64,000 nt of DNA from an uncultured cyanobacterium (GCA_963706595.1 OY970166.1:736001-800000), one strand, 5' to 3'; numbered from the stretch's first letter, positions 18,940-30,246 are shown. Numbers and translations are program-made. Notes: generated from the letters alone by a model not told the origin.

Positions 18940-21132
18940 TTATATGTTGACAGCGACCACACCCAAAATAGGAGTAGAAGAAAAATTCAATTGCTCTAAT
19001 GCTTTGGCTAAAATAGAACAGTTTGTTTTACCTACTCCTATAGCCAAAATACTTGCATCTGTGTGCCTAGTTAGGAGACTAGTATCTGCAAAACCTAATA
19101 GATGTGATGTGTCATATATAATTAAATCGAAAGTTTGCTTAAAGTGTTCTGTCAAGCTTTGCATCTGAGGATCTGAAAGCAAAATTGTGGGATTTGTAGT
19201 AATTTGACCAGTAGTTAAGATATACAAGTTATGTTCTCCAGATAATTCTCCTGTATCCTTTGAAGTTGTTTTTCGTGAATTATAATTTTGTTCTCTGATG
19301 CAGCTATTGGGTTTTTGTATAACATTTTCAAAATTTAGCCCTTTAACAATGAGGTTACTTAAACCTTGTGTGTTGGGTAAATGCAACATTTTATGCATAG
19401 TGGGATTACGTAGGTTTCCATCTACTAATAGTACACGTTTGCCCATCACTGCGGCTGTCTGAGCTATGTAAAAAGCAATTGTCGATTTTCCATCTCCAGG
19501 AGCGGCTGAAATGACTGATAGAGAGCGGATAGCATTATCACTATTAAGAAGGCAAATATTTGTATAAACAGAACGGAAGGATTCCCAAAAATTTGAGATG
19601 TCATGTTTTTGAGAAGGCTTACCATCCTTTCCAAATTTAATATGAGGAATGTTCCCCAATATTGGTATTTTAATTTTATTTTTAACTTCTTCAAGGTTAT
19701 AAAATACGTTGTTTAGCTTGTCTATAAGCAAAGCAAATCCCATGCTTAATAATAACCCTAAAATTGAGCCTAAAATTAAATTACGTCTAATACTCGGTGT
19801 AATATTTTTAGGTTTACTAGGAGGAGTAAGTATTTGCCAAGGTACCTGCTTTTGAGCTGAATCTATTCGTAATTTTTCGCGTTCGGTTAAAAAGTGATTT
19901 AGGTTTTCAACAGTAATTTTTAATTGCCGCTCTAAATCGTCTTTCTGACGTATGAGAGCCGGAAACTGTTTTACCTGCTGCCGCAAATAAATTTCAGCTT
20001 GACCAAGAGCTTGAATTTGGGTTTTTAATACCTGAATTTGCTTATTTGCATCAATAAATTTTTGGATTTCTCGCAGGCGAGCAGAATTTGGGGCAGCTGA
20101 ATCTAAGGAATTTATAGTTGTGTTTGACAATGTTATTCCCAAAATTCGTAATTTTTCTTTGCGTTCTAAATCCAGTAAATTTTGTTTTTGAATAAGCAGG
20201 GTTTGAATATTGGGGCTATTTTCTGTATATTGAGCTGAATTTACCGCGAGTTTAGCTTCTACATCTTGGAGTTGGCTCAATAGTTTTTGGTAACCAGGAG
20301 ATTCACTCAAATCTGAAATAGCCTCTGCTTGAGAAACTTCCAGTCTCAACTGTTTTTGCAAAATAGTGTAAAGTGTTTCAGTTCTAGCCAATTGAATTTC
20401 GTTATCTAGCCGTTTCTGCACAATTTGATCAAGTTGATTAGCAAGCTGCTGGCTTTGAATTTCAGCATTAATAATGCCATGTATTTGACGAAAACTTTGT
20501 AGTTGTGACTGGAGGGTTTCAACTCTCTTTATCAGTTGTGGCAGTTGCTCTTCAACAAATTTAATTGCTAATTTAGTGTCTGTTTGGCGTTCCTCTAAAC
20601 TATAATTTAAGTAGGATTCGGATGCTGTATTTAATACAAATAAAACTTTTTCCGGGTTGGTATCTTGGTAACTAACTTCTAAGATTTGAGTATTTGGTAG
20701 GAGTTTTATATCTAGCTGAAGTGCGCTGCTGTCTGGATAATTCTTCTGAACTTCTTGAGTAATGGGAAGCAGCAGCTTAGGACTTTGTAAAATCTTTAAT
20801 TTAGTTTCATCAATTTTGTTAGAATCATCGCTTCTGTATCTGTCGTCTCGCGCTACTTTATCTTCAGCAGTTACCAGCTCAGTTAAAAGTTCAAATTTAG
20901 CAACATAAGTTGAAGTACTATTTCGAGCCAACCCTATACCGACAAAAGCAACAGTAGTTGTTCCAATTACAATTACAAGTATTCTGCGACGAATAATGGT
21001 CAATAATCCGCCTAAATTTAATCCTCCCTCATTACCATCTTCAGGCTGAACTGTGTAGATGGGAGGCATAGATTGATGCTGTTGTTCATTTATTTCAGAT
21101 AAATTCTTTTGAAAATAGAGTTTGTTTATCAT
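18940..21132 (-). CDS. Polysaccharide co-polymerase / Wzc-like tyrosine kinase (GumC-type)
   Basis: Two TM segments flank a coiled-coil region; Walker A PGDGKST, VLLVDGNLRNP and IIYDT. Confidence 0.9.
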   Translation of the reverse strand: MINKLYFQKNLSEINEQQHQSMPPIYTVQPEDGNEGGLNLGGLLTIIRRRILVIVIGTTTVAFVGIGLARNSTSTYVAKFELLTELVTAEDKVARDDRYRSDDSNKIDETKLKILQSPKLLLPITQEVQKNYPDSSALQLDIKLLPNTQILEVSYQDTNPEKVLFVLNTASESYLNYSLEERQTDTKLAIKFVEEQLPQLIKRVETLQSQLQSFRQIHGIINAEIQSQQLANQLDQIVQKRLDNEIQLARTETLYTILQKQLRLEVSQAEAISDLSESPGYQKLLSQLQDVEAKLAVNSAQYTENSPNIQTLLIQKQNLLDLERKEKLRILGITLSNTTINSLDSAAPNSARLREIQKFIDANKQIQVLKTQIQALGQAEIYLRQQVKQFPALIRQKDDLERQLKITVENLNHFLTEREKLRIDSAQKQVPWQILTPPSKPKNITPSIRRNLILGSILGLLLSMGFALLIDKLNNVFYNLEEVKNKIKIPILGNIPHIKFGKDGKPSQKHDISNFWESFRSVYTNICLLNSDNAIRSLSVISAAPGDGKSTIAFYIAQTAAVMGKRVLLVDGNLRNPTMHKMLHLPNTQGLSNLIVKGLNFENVIQKPNSCIREQNYNSRKTTSKDTGELSGEHNLYILTTGQITTNPTILLSDPQMQSLTEHFKQTFDLIIYDTSHLLGFADTSLLTRHTDASILAIGVGKTNCSILAKALEQLNFSSTPILGVVAVNI

Positions 21133-21461
21133 TTCAAACCTTGTATATTTTGTAATGTGAGCGCAAAATCACACTCAATCCTGATAATTGGTGTACTTGT
21201 ACTCATAAAAAAATAAACATATTCACCCTAATTAGAGAGATAAAAGCTAGCGAGTTTAAACTAATCATCGCTACCCGTTATGAGAAACTTGCTGCCAATT
21301 AGACGGCTTTGATCGCGTTAGCGAAGCTTACCGAAGGTATCGCCTGTATTTTGTTGTGGTTGTAGTTTGAGAACACGCCCTAGTCTACAGTCAGAGATTA
21401 AACTATAAAATTCATCTAATACCAAATTAAAAGGTCAATTTTTTCGTTGTTGATTAGACTA

Positions 21462-21857
21462 GGTTGTGATAAACAGTAATTTAGATGGGGTTGCATAGAA
21501 AGTATATCTATCATTAGATAGAGATAATATATTTTTCTAATCACTACATAGCCTTTTAAGAAGTACTAAGTAAATTAATAAACAACGATAAGTAAGTGGG
21601 GGAAATAAAGTTAACTAGTAGGGGTCGTCATTGGTGATTGGTAAGGATTTCCGGCGTGTTTACCTTTCGTAATATAGTTGGGTTTTTTCCTGCTTACCTA
21701 CTTAGATGCCGATTTTTCCTTTGGTTATTAACCTCGGTTGTAATAAACAGTAATTTAGATACAGTTGCATATAAAATATATCTACCATTAGATAGAGATA
21801 TATATTTTTCTAATCGCTGTATAGTTTTTGAAGAAGTATTGAGCAAACTAACAAACA
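21462..21857. repeat. Two ~120-bp imperfect direct repeats (about 21462-21584 and 21736-21857) separated by a MITE-like insert
   Basis: GGTTGT(G/A)ATAAACAGTAATTTAGAT...CATTAGATAGAGATA...TTTTTCTAATC occurs twice. The spacer has TAAGTAAGTGGG...CTTACCTACTTA inverted ends. Confidence 0.8.
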
Positions 21858-22421
21858 CGGCTACAGGCATTTCATAACTTTTAAATCAACTGATACGTTT
21901 TTAATAAGAATTTCCCCTGCTATATCTTAAATTCGTATCTGATTTTGCAAAGTATAGGTTGCTGTAAATTGTAGTAGCTTGCTTTTCACTTTCAGCAATG
22001 TTTTAGAAGTAAGCTCAGTCATACATGAGACAAAATAAGGCCGCTTCTTGGGTTGTTTCTCTGGTATGGGTTTAAAATCGAATGCTGATAGGAAAGCTCA
22101 AAAGTTCTGAACCCAATCATGGCAAGAATAACAACTCAGGAGGGAGTTTTGTTATTGGATTTCATAAAGGGATCGATAGAGCTAAAGGACCAGAGTAAAC
22201 ATATTTAAATTGGGATAAACGCAATTTTATGAGGTGTTAAAACCTGGGACTTATATAGCCTATTTCAGGATGGGATCACAGTTAAGAAGCCAGATTTTAT
22301 TGAGAATATAGAGGTGTAATTGATAAATAAACCCTGATCTCACTTTTTCACTTTGCTCCCTCTAACTTCGTCTTTATGACAACCGAGGTTAAGAACTAAA
22401 ATAAATTTGGGGAAATTCACT

Positions 22422-22523
22422 AATTATTGGGGAAACAAATACTTCTATAAGTTAATTTCATAAATATCAATATTTTTGTTGGTATCTAACAGCCGAATTC
22501 AAATATCAGTTTCCCCAATAATT
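22422..22523. promoter_or_regulatory. Perfect 15-bp inverted repeat upstream of the glycosyltransferase operon
   Basis: AATTATTGGGGAAAC (22422-22436) and GTTTCCCCAATAATT (22509-22523), plus an extra AATTTGGGGAAA at about 22404. Confidence 0.55.
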
Positions 22524-22560
22524 TTCTCTAATTAAATCTTAAATTTAAGAGGACACTAAG

Positions 22561-23640
22561 ATGAAAGATACAGCAACAGTTAGCATAATTATTAATAATT
22601 ACAACTATGAAATCTTTCTGCAAGAATGCATCGATAGTGCGCTTAACCAAACCTATCCTTTCGTAGAGGTTATTGTTGTAGATGATGGCTCAACTGATCA
22701 CTCACGTGACATTATCTCTAGTTATGGAAGCAAGATTGTGTCTGTCCTAAAAAGTAATGGTGGACAGACTTCTTCTCTAAATGAAGGTTTTAAAGTTTGC
22801 AAAGGTGAAATTATATGTTTTCTTGATTCTGATGATTTATTTCATCATGACAAAGTTGAAAAAATAGTTAATCTCTTTGTTCAAAATAATCTAATAGATT
22901 TGCCTGTCGCTTTACATAATAGGTTTGAATATATTGATGAAAAAGGTCTTTTAATCGAGACTGATATGGTTAGCGATATACTAGATTTACAAAACCTAGA
23001 ATGGCGGTTACTATCTAAAATAATCAAAGGCTGTTTTTGCTTTTTCAATGAAGAGTTAACAAAACTTTCTACGCCCGATCCGGTATATAAATTTGCTGCT
23101 AAATACCGTTATATACCTTATATTGGAATGCCCACAAGTTCTATTTCAATTTCTCGTGCTATGGCTGAAAGAGTTTTTCCTTTACCCATAGACAAGAATA
23201 GGTTTATGAATCATCAGGCAGATAATTTCATTACCAAAGCTGCATCTATCATAGGCTTAGTTTATTCAACAAACTTAACTTTTACACAGTATCGGTTTCA
23301 CGGAGACAGCTGGTCTAACAATATGAAAAAAGTAACGCAAGAGAAAGAAGAGTGGATAAATAAGCTACAAGATGATTTTCTCAACTTAAAATTAAAATCC
23401 ATAGGTAAAAAGCCTGTTTTCTCTTTTTTACAATCCTTACAGGCAAGTGGTTTCTATAGGTGTCATTTTGGCTACAAGTCTGGTGATCACTTATTAAGAC
23501 TCGCATTTGATTTAATAAAATGGAACTTGGATTTTACAACTTTAACTTTTTTTGTTGTAACGGTAAGTCGAGGTTTTTATTATAAACTCAGGATGTTTTA
23601 TCATAATTTTTGGTCTAATAAATATCAACCCAAATCTTAG
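22561..23640 (+). CDS. Glycosyltransferase family 2
   Basis: IIINNYNY, VVDDGSTD and FLDSDD. Confidence 0.92.
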   Translation: MKDTATVSIIINNYNYEIFLQECIDSALNQTYPFVEVIVVDDGSTDHSRDIISSYGSKIVSVLKSNGGQTSSLNEGFKVCKGEIICFLDSDDLFHHDKVEKIVNLFVQNNLIDLPVALHNRFEYIDEKGLLIETDMVSDILDLQNLEWRLLSKIIKGCFCFFNEELTKLSTPDPVYKFAAKYRYIPYIGMPTSSISISRAMAERVFPLPIDKNRFMNHQADNFITKAASIIGLVYSTNLTFTQYRFHGDSWSNNMKKVTQEKEEWINKLQDDFLNLKLKSIGKKPVFSFLQSLQASGFYRCHFGYKSGDHLLRLAFDLIKWNLDFTTLTFFVVTVSRGFYYKLRMFYHNFWSNKYQPKS

Positions 23641-23718
23641 AAATGTAGTTAAAGGTTTATTTTTTAATCAAATTTGATGAAAATTAATTGATGACTTGCA
23701 ACTTGTATTGGAACTTAA

Positions 23719-24852
23719 TTGTTTTTTATTAAGAAATCAAATGCTACTATGTTACACTTAAGTGATTGGTTTTTAAGAATTTGCTCTCCTGCGGATAATC
23801 AATTAAATAAATTGCCCCCAATTTATTTTTATATCCCTTCAGGTAAAATACCCAGTGAAAACTTACCGCAAAATGCACATTCCTACTGGCAGTGGCAGTG
23901 TGCTGAAAATTCAATATCTCCCATGCAAGGTGGTGGTTGCATTTGGACATTACAAACCTATCTTTATCTCAATGACTATGGCTTTTCTTGCAAGCTAGTA
24001 GAAACTATGCCTGATGAAGGTATTGTTTTATCTCACCGTGACTTTCTTAATAATTTTATAAAGCCAGGTCCGAGGTTACTGCTGGTTTGTCTTCGGGCAG
24101 ATGTAGACAGGCATCCCTACGCACAACTCCATGTGGTTCAAAATCCTTATCAAGCAATACCTAGCCGTTTTATGACGCTGTGGGAAAGCCATTTTATTCC
24201 GCATTGGCCACAACCTTCAATTATCCCTCGCAATCCAAAACGGGGCAACACCTTTGAGAATGTGACTTTCGTGGGTAATGAAATTAACTTAGTGCCTGAA
24301 TTTAGCGATTGCTCTTGGTACAACCATCTTAAAAGTTTAGGCTTAAAATTCCAGAAAAAGTTAAACCATGATGAATGGCATGATTACAGTGACGTTGATG
24401 TAATTTTAGCCATACGAAGCTTTGGTTGCGAAAACGATTGGCGCGGAAAACCTGCCTCAAAACTTTATAACGCATGGCACGCAGGTGTACCAACAATTCT
24501 AGGTTATGAATCGGCATTTCGCAGAGAACAAAAAAGCAAATTAGATTACCTAGAGGCGACTTCACTTAAGGAGGTTATTTCATCTCTCAAACGGCTTCAA
24601 GATAATCAGGAACTGCGCCATGCAATCATTGAAAATGGTTGGCTGCGTGCTAAAGAAACACAGCCAGATTATATGGTGCAAAATTGGCAATATTTTCTGA
24701 CAAGGGTTGCAGCACCAGCTTACCAAAAGTGGTGTTCGATGCCTCGTTGGAAACAGCAGTTTTTCTTTGATGCGCGAAGATCATTTATGGAATTTCGTCC
24801 AGCTTATTACAATTTGAAGACGAAATTATCTAACTTGGCAAAAAAAACTTAA
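23719..24852 (+). CDS. Putative GT-B glycosyltransferase (true start possibly 23749)
   Basis: KPASKLYNAWHAGVP motif and position in the operon. Confidence 0.7.
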   Translation: MFFIKKSNATMLHLSDWFLRICSPADNQLNKLPPIYFYIPSGKIPSENLPQNAHSYWQWQCAENSISPMQGGGCIWTLQTYLYLNDYGFSCKLVETMPDEGIVLSHRDFLNNFIKPGPRLLLVCLRADVDRHPYAQLHVVQNPYQAIPSRFMTLWESHFIPHWPQPSIIPRNPKRGNTFENVTFVGNEINLVPEFSDCSWYNHLKSLGLKFQKKLNHDEWHDYSDVDVILAIRSFGCENDWRGKPASKLYNAWHAGVPTILGYESAFRREQKSKLDYLEATSLKEVISSLKRLQDNQELRHAIIENGWLRAKETQPDYMVQNWQYFLTRVAAPAYQKWCSMPRWKQQFFFDARRSFMEFRPAYYNLKTKLSNLAKKT

Positions 24853-24970
24853 TAATAGCCTTGGTTTATGTTTTGTTTGTGGAGGTAAAAAAATTAAGAT
24901 AAGCACAAAAAATTAGATGCAATTTATTACTACATTTTCATAAATCCAATTCATCTGAGATTAAGCACTG

Positions 24971-26764
24971 ATGACTCACTTTCTACCTAAACTTTTATAT
25001 ATTACAAAAGGAAATCACAAGTCGCTTATAGCGATGCTTTTTCTATTCATTCTTATATCTGGCTTAGAAGTTTTTGGAACCGGAATGATTTCTCCATTCA
25101 TTGCGGTCGCTATCAACCCTGATGCAATCAAAAATATTTCCTGGTTAGATTTAATTTATAGCCAGATGAATTTTAACTCAGAACAGCAATTTTTTATTGT
25201 TTTAGGCTTGCTGGTTATTATTGCCTTTTACCTAAAATCTTTTTTGGCTTTTCATGCTCAGAAAGCAGTATTTAAATTTAGCTTTGGCTTAAAAAGAGAA
25301 CTATCTTGTAAGCTCCTAAAAGCATATATTAAAGCTCCTTACAGCTATCATTTACAAATTAATTCAGCAACACTTGTTCAAAATCTTATTAACACAACAG
25401 ATGATGTATCTATTGGTATATTCTCTACGTTTTTGACGTTTATTTCTAATACTGTAATTCTCCTGGCATTAATGCTCCTTTTGATTAATACCAATGCGAT
25501 CGCCTTAATTCTCATTGCAATCTTGCTACTTATTTCCTTTGGGTTGTTGCATCCAATGAAAGATCGTTTAGCTCGTTGGAAAAAAAAGCAATTTCATGCT
25601 TATGGCGAGATGATTCGCATTACAAATCATGGACTAGGTAGCTTGAAAGAAACCCGTGTAATCGGTTGCGAATCCTATTTTGAACATCAGATGGAAGAGC
25701 AGTCAGCAATTTACGCGAAAACTACCACTTTAGCTTCAGCCTATAGTAATCTTCCCCGCTTTGTGCTTGAACCGTTAATGATGAGCTTCTTGATTAGCTT
25801 TACATTTTTATTTATTAGCTTAAATCGAGATGAGACGCAAAGTCTTACTGGGGTTTTAGGAATTTTTGCACTCGCCTCAGTTCGTCTGTTACCGACGGTT
25901 GGAAATTTAATTTCTGGCATTAATGTGATTAGAAGTAACAGTTATTCTCTTGACAGACTATTTTTTGATCTAAAGGAGTTGGAAAAAGAAAACCTGATAA
26001 CTGAAGTTGATTTTACTATTCATTCTCACAGCTTATTGCCCAACAAAAATCAGCAAACATTTCAGTTTTTGGAACAAGTTGTTTTAGATAATCTCACTTT
26101 TCAATATCCAAACACTGCAAAAAATGTACTAGAAGAAATTTCCTTATCTATTCGCAAGGGAGAGTCTATTGGACTAATTGGTAAATCTGGTTCTGGTAAA
26201 ACTACCTTGGTTGATGTTATTCTCGGTCTTTTTAACCCTCAAGTTGGAGATATCAAGGTTGATGGGGTTTCAGTTTATAGCAATTTACGCGCCTGGCAGA
26301 ATATGCTTGGCTATGTTCCCCAGTCTATATTTTTGATTGATGATACCCTGGAACGGAATATTGCATTTGGGGTTCCCGATCACTTAATTGACCAGAATAG
26401 ATTAAAGAAAGCGATTGAGATGGCTCAACTCAGCGAAGTGGTAGAGCAGCTTCCAGAAGGTGTGAACACTATTGTTGGCGAACAGGGAGTTCTTTTATCG
26501 GGAGGACAACGCCAAAGAGTTGGAATTGCGCGAGTGCTTTATCACGAAAGAGAAATACTGATTTTTGACGAAGCAACTGCCGCTCTAGATACTGAAACAG
26601 AACATCTAATTACTGAAGCGACAAAAGCTTTAGCTGGTAGTAAGACAATCATTATTATTGCTCATCGCCTTTCGACAATTGAGCATTGCGATTGTATTTA
26701 CCAACTTGAACAGGGTCGAATTCTCAAATCAGGTAGTTACCAAGAAGTGATTGCAGGAAGATAA
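24971..26764 (+). CDS. ABC exporter, fused permease + ATPase (HepA/MsbA-like)
   Basis: N-terminal TM domain, GKSGSGKTT, LSGGQRQR, IFDEATAALD and IAHRL. Confidence 0.93.
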   Translation: MTHFLPKLLYITKGNHKSLIAMLFLFILISGLEVFGTGMISPFIAVAINPDAIKNISWLDLIYSQMNFNSEQQFFIVLGLLVIIAFYLKSFLAFHAQKAVFKFSFGLKRELSCKLLKAYIKAPYSYHLQINSATLVQNLINTTDDVSIGIFSTFLTFISNTVILLALMLLLINTNAIALILIAILLLISFGLLHPMKDRLARWKKKQFHAYGEMIRITNHGLGSLKETRVIGCESYFEHQMEEQSAIYAKTTTLASAYSNLPRFVLEPLMMSFLISFTFLFISLNRDETQSLTGVLGIFALASVRLLPTVGNLISGINVIRSNSYSLDRLFFDLKELEKENLITEVDFTIHSHSLLPNKNQQTFQFLEQVVLDNLTFQYPNTAKNVLEEISLSIRKGESIGLIGKSGSGKTTLVDVILGLFNPQVGDIKVDGVSVYSNLRAWQNMLGYVPQSIFLIDDTLERNIAFGVPDHLIDQNRLKKAIEMAQLSEVVEQLPEGVNTIVGEQGVLLSGGQRQRVGIARVLYHEREILIFDEATAALDTETEHLITEATKALAGSKTIIIIAHRLSTIEHCDCIYQLEQGRILKSGSYQEVIAGR

Positions 26765-26857
26765 TCGCAGCAATAACGCTCAAAATCGTGTTGATCAAAA
26801 ATTTCAATCATAGCTTTTTTGTCTAGGTAGGATTGGGTTAATAAAAGGAAATCATTT

Positions 26858-28015
26858 ATGAAACTAGCTTACGTTACCACTTTCGATGCAAAAAGTTTAG
26901 CTATTCGGAATAATTGGTCTGGAATTGGCTACTATATTGCCCAGTCTCTTAAAAATCAATGCATGACTGTAGAATACATGGGTCCTTTAAAAGATCCTGT
27001 TAATCTACAAGTTATTCGTAAGCTTAAAAGTCGCTACTATAAGCTATTTCATCAAAAAAATTATCAGAAAGATGCTGACCCTTTGATTCTGAAAAATTAT
27101 GCCAGCCAGGTAGCGAAAAAACTGAATAGTATAAAATCAGATATTGTTTTCAGTGCCACAGTTAATTCAATTGCCTACCTTGAATGTATGCAACCAATTG
27201 TATTTTGGGCAGATGGAACTTTTGCAAATATCCAAAATTTCTACCCTCTGTATAGTAATTTGCCAAAAGAAGTTATTAAAGACTGGCATCGGATGGAAGA
27301 GCTTGCTATACATAAATCTGATCTTGCTATTTATTCATCTGATTGGGCAGCTAAATCCGCAATTCACGATTATGGAGCTGATCCTGCTAAGGTCAAGGTG
27401 GTTCCCTTTGGTGCCAATATCGCAAGTGAACTTACATTTGAGATGGTTAAGAAGGCAATAGAATCTAGGCCTACTGATTGCTGCAAGTTGTTGTTCCTGA
27501 GTGTGGATTGGGTCAGAAAGGGGGGGGATGTTGCTTATCAGATAGCTCAAAAGTTGAATCAGTCTGGACTAAAAACTGAGTTAACCATCGTTGGTTGTCA
27601 ACCAGTTGTGAATGCACCTTTACCAAAGTTTGTTAAATCTTTTGGTTTCATTAACAAATCTACTATCGAAGGCGAAAAGCAGATTCAAGACTTAATTTCG
27701 GAATCTCACTTTCTGATCCTGCCAACACTAGCAGATTGTACGCCAATTGTTCTAGCTGAAGCAAATTCTTTAGGCGTTCCCTGCTTATCAACTACAGTTG
27801 GTGGTGTTCCAAGCATAATCCATAATGATATGAATGGTCGGTTATTTGATAAAGATGCCAATTTTGATGAATATTGTGATTACATCACAGATATATTTGC
27901 TGATTACTCAAAATACAAAGACTTGGCCTTATCTGCTTTCAATGAATATGAATCACGGCTCAATTGGAAAATTGCAGGTCAGACAATAAAGGAACTACTT
28001 ATGACGATCATATAA
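26858..28015 (+). CDS. Glycosyltransferase family 4
   Basis: RKGG, LPTLADCTPIVLAEANSLGVP and VGGV. Confidence 0.9.
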   Translation: MKLAYVTTFDAKSLAIRNNWSGIGYYIAQSLKNQCMTVEYMGPLKDPVNLQVIRKLKSRYYKLFHQKNYQKDADPLILKNYASQVAKKLNSIKSDIVFSATVNSIAYLECMQPIVFWADGTFANIQNFYPLYSNLPKEVIKDWHRMEELAIHKSDLAIYSSDWAAKSAIHDYGADPAKVKVVPFGANIASELTFEMVKKAIESRPTDCCKLLFLSVDWVRKGGDVAYQIAQKLNQSGLKTELTIVGCQPVVNAPLPKFVKSFGFINKSTIEGEKQIQDLISESHFLILPTLADCTPIVLAEANSLGVPCLSTTVGGVPSIIHNDMNGRLFDKDANFDEYCDYITDIFADYSKYKDLALSAFNEYESRLNWKIAGQTIKELLMTII

Positions 28016-28071
28016 GTTAAACCCCTATTCAAACTTAATTCAATCAGTTTTTATTAAATGAAAAAGAGAAG

Positions 28072-29197
28072 ATGTTAATAACTTTTCATAAAAAGGTTTT
28101 CTTTTACACAACTTCGCAAGAAGGTTCACTAGAAGGTGCTTATTTTCAGGATTTGATTGTCAATTTAGCAGAAGGCTTTCGACATCTCGGAGTAGAGTAC
28201 TATGCAAGTAATAACTACTGGAAATTATCTCCAGAAGATGACCAATATCTTCTTCAATTTGATCCTCATGTTACACATCAAGATTGTGATATCGTAGTTT
28301 TAGAACGGCAATGGTTTGAGGAAAATGGCTCATTACCTGAAGATTTATTTAATTCTTCTCGTAAATATATTACTGTATACTTAGATTGTTCAGATGGATT
28401 AAAAACATTTTCATGGTTGCCTGAATTTAGACAGTTCGATTTTATCTTTAAAACTCACTACAACAGAAATATCAGATGCCCTAATAATATACATCCCTGG
28501 GCATTTGGCTTATCCAGTAGAATTCTTAAGGAACTTAGGACTGATATCCCTTCTGCACAAAGGAAGAGAAATCTACTTGTTAATTTTAGACATCAAAAGT
28601 TTAGCCATTCTCTGAGACGATTCGTTGAAAAAAGTTTTATTCCTCAAATTCAAGACTTTTTACAAATTGATGACTCTAAAGATGATTTAACGATTCCTCC
28701 TGATAATCCATACCACTTACTTCGATGGACTCAAACTGGTAGACGACATTATCCTAATTATTACAAAAGACTAACAGAATCAGTTGCTTGTGCTTGCTTC
28801 GGAGGCTATTTTCTGGCTTCAGATTTCACTGACTATAATCCTGGAATAAGTTATTATTCGGCTAAACTTATTAGTGAATTTGGTTTAAAAACAAATAGAA
28901 TTTCCCAGTGGGATAGTTGGCGATTTTGGGAATCTTTAGCAGACTGGTTGTGTTACTTTTCATGTGGATTTTGAAAAGTATGGTTTTGAGCTTCCAGTCC
29001 AACCGAAAAATTGGGAGCATTACATCGGTATCGATCTAGATAATATTCCAGCATCGATTGATAGGATAGCTGAAAATCCTGAAATTTTTGAAAAAATTGC
29101 ACTTCAGGGTAGAGCATGGGCTATTGAAAACTATTCTCCAAAAGCTGTAGCCTTACGTTTTATGGAAAAAATTTTAAAGGCAGAGATAACATTATGA
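28072..29197 (+). pseudogene. Glycosyltransferase split by a +1 frameshift
   Basis: Removing one base near 28943 joins RFWESLA-AGCVTFHVDFEKYG, fusing ORFs 28072-28974 and 28964-29197. Confidence 0.75.
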
Positions 29198-30237
29198 ATG
29201 AGAGTGTACTTGTTAGCATTATTATTAACAACTATAACTATGATCGGTTTCTAGTAGATGCGATCAACAGTGCCTTAGAGCAAACCTACCCTCATATTGA
29301 AGTAATTGTTGTTGATGATGGTTCAACTGACAATTCTCGTGATATTATTTCTGGGTATGGCGATCGCATCATCCCCATTCTGCAACCTAATGGCAAACAA
29401 GCTGCGGCTTTTAATAGCGGTTTTGCAAAAAGTAAGGGTGACATAATTATATTTCTAGACTCTGACGACTACCTATTTCCCCAGGCAGTTGAACAGATTT
29501 TAGGTGTGTGGAAGCCGACTCTAGCAAAAGTGCATTATCACTTGCAGGTTGTGGGTACTAATAGAAATCCTCTAGGCTATTCCTTCCCTCAAGGAACAAA
29601 ATCTCTTTCTACTGGAAAAGTCTGGAAAACTTTACTGGAGTCGGGAGGCTATGCACGAGTTCCCACCAGCGGCAACGCCATCAACCGTAATGCTCTTGTG
29701 CCACTGTTTCCGATTCCTGATAAATACAAACTTACTGCTGATGATTATCTGTCAGTTCTTGTGCCTTTTTATGGAGAAGTGGAGGCTGTTGAAGAACCAC
29801 TTGGGGCTTACCGAATTCATGACAGCAATCAATGGGCAATGGTGACAGTGACTGGCGATCGCTTCCATCGCTTCATTCAACATGATTTGGTAGTCTATAA
29901 ACTATTGCTAAATAAAGCCAAAGAACTTGGTTACGAATTGTATCAAGACTTTGAATTACGTTCTTTGGGAAGGTTTCAAGTTCGCCTTGCATCTCTGCGT
30001 TTAACCCGCGAAAAGCATCCAATTCCAGAAGATCGAGTCGTGTGTTTGGTTAATTCTGGCATCCAGTCTATCTGGAAATACTCAAGTTTTAGCTGGCAGA
30101 AACGTTTAATCTACACAATCTGGTTTTTTTGGATTGGGTTGCTGCCACTACCTTTAGCTAAACCTGCTATTACCTGGTTCTTCACCCCTCATTTTCGACC
30201 TAAGCTGCTGCAAAGAATTCATGCCTTCGTAAGCTAA
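29194..30237 (+). CDS. Glycosyltransferase family 2
   Basis: IIINNYNY, VVDDGSTD and FLDSDD. Confidence 0.92.
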   Translation: MNESVLVSIIINNYNYDRFLVDAINSALEQTYPHIEVIVVDDGSTDNSRDIISGYGDRIIPILQPNGKQAAAFNSGFAKSKGDIIIFLDSDDYLFPQAVEQILGVWKPTLAKVHYHLQVVGTNRNPLGYSFPQGTKSLSTGKVWKTLLESGGYARVPTSGNAINRNALVPLFPIPDKYKLTADDYLSVLVPFYGEVEAVEEPLGAYRIHDSNQWAMVTVTGDRFHRFIQHDLVVYKLLLNKAKELGYELYQDFELRSLGRFQVRLASLRLTREKHPIPEDRVVCLVNSGIQSIWKYSSFSWQKRLIYTIWFFWIGLLPLPLAKPAITWFFTPHFRPKLLQRIHAFVS

Positions 30238-30246
30238 GAGGTAGCT

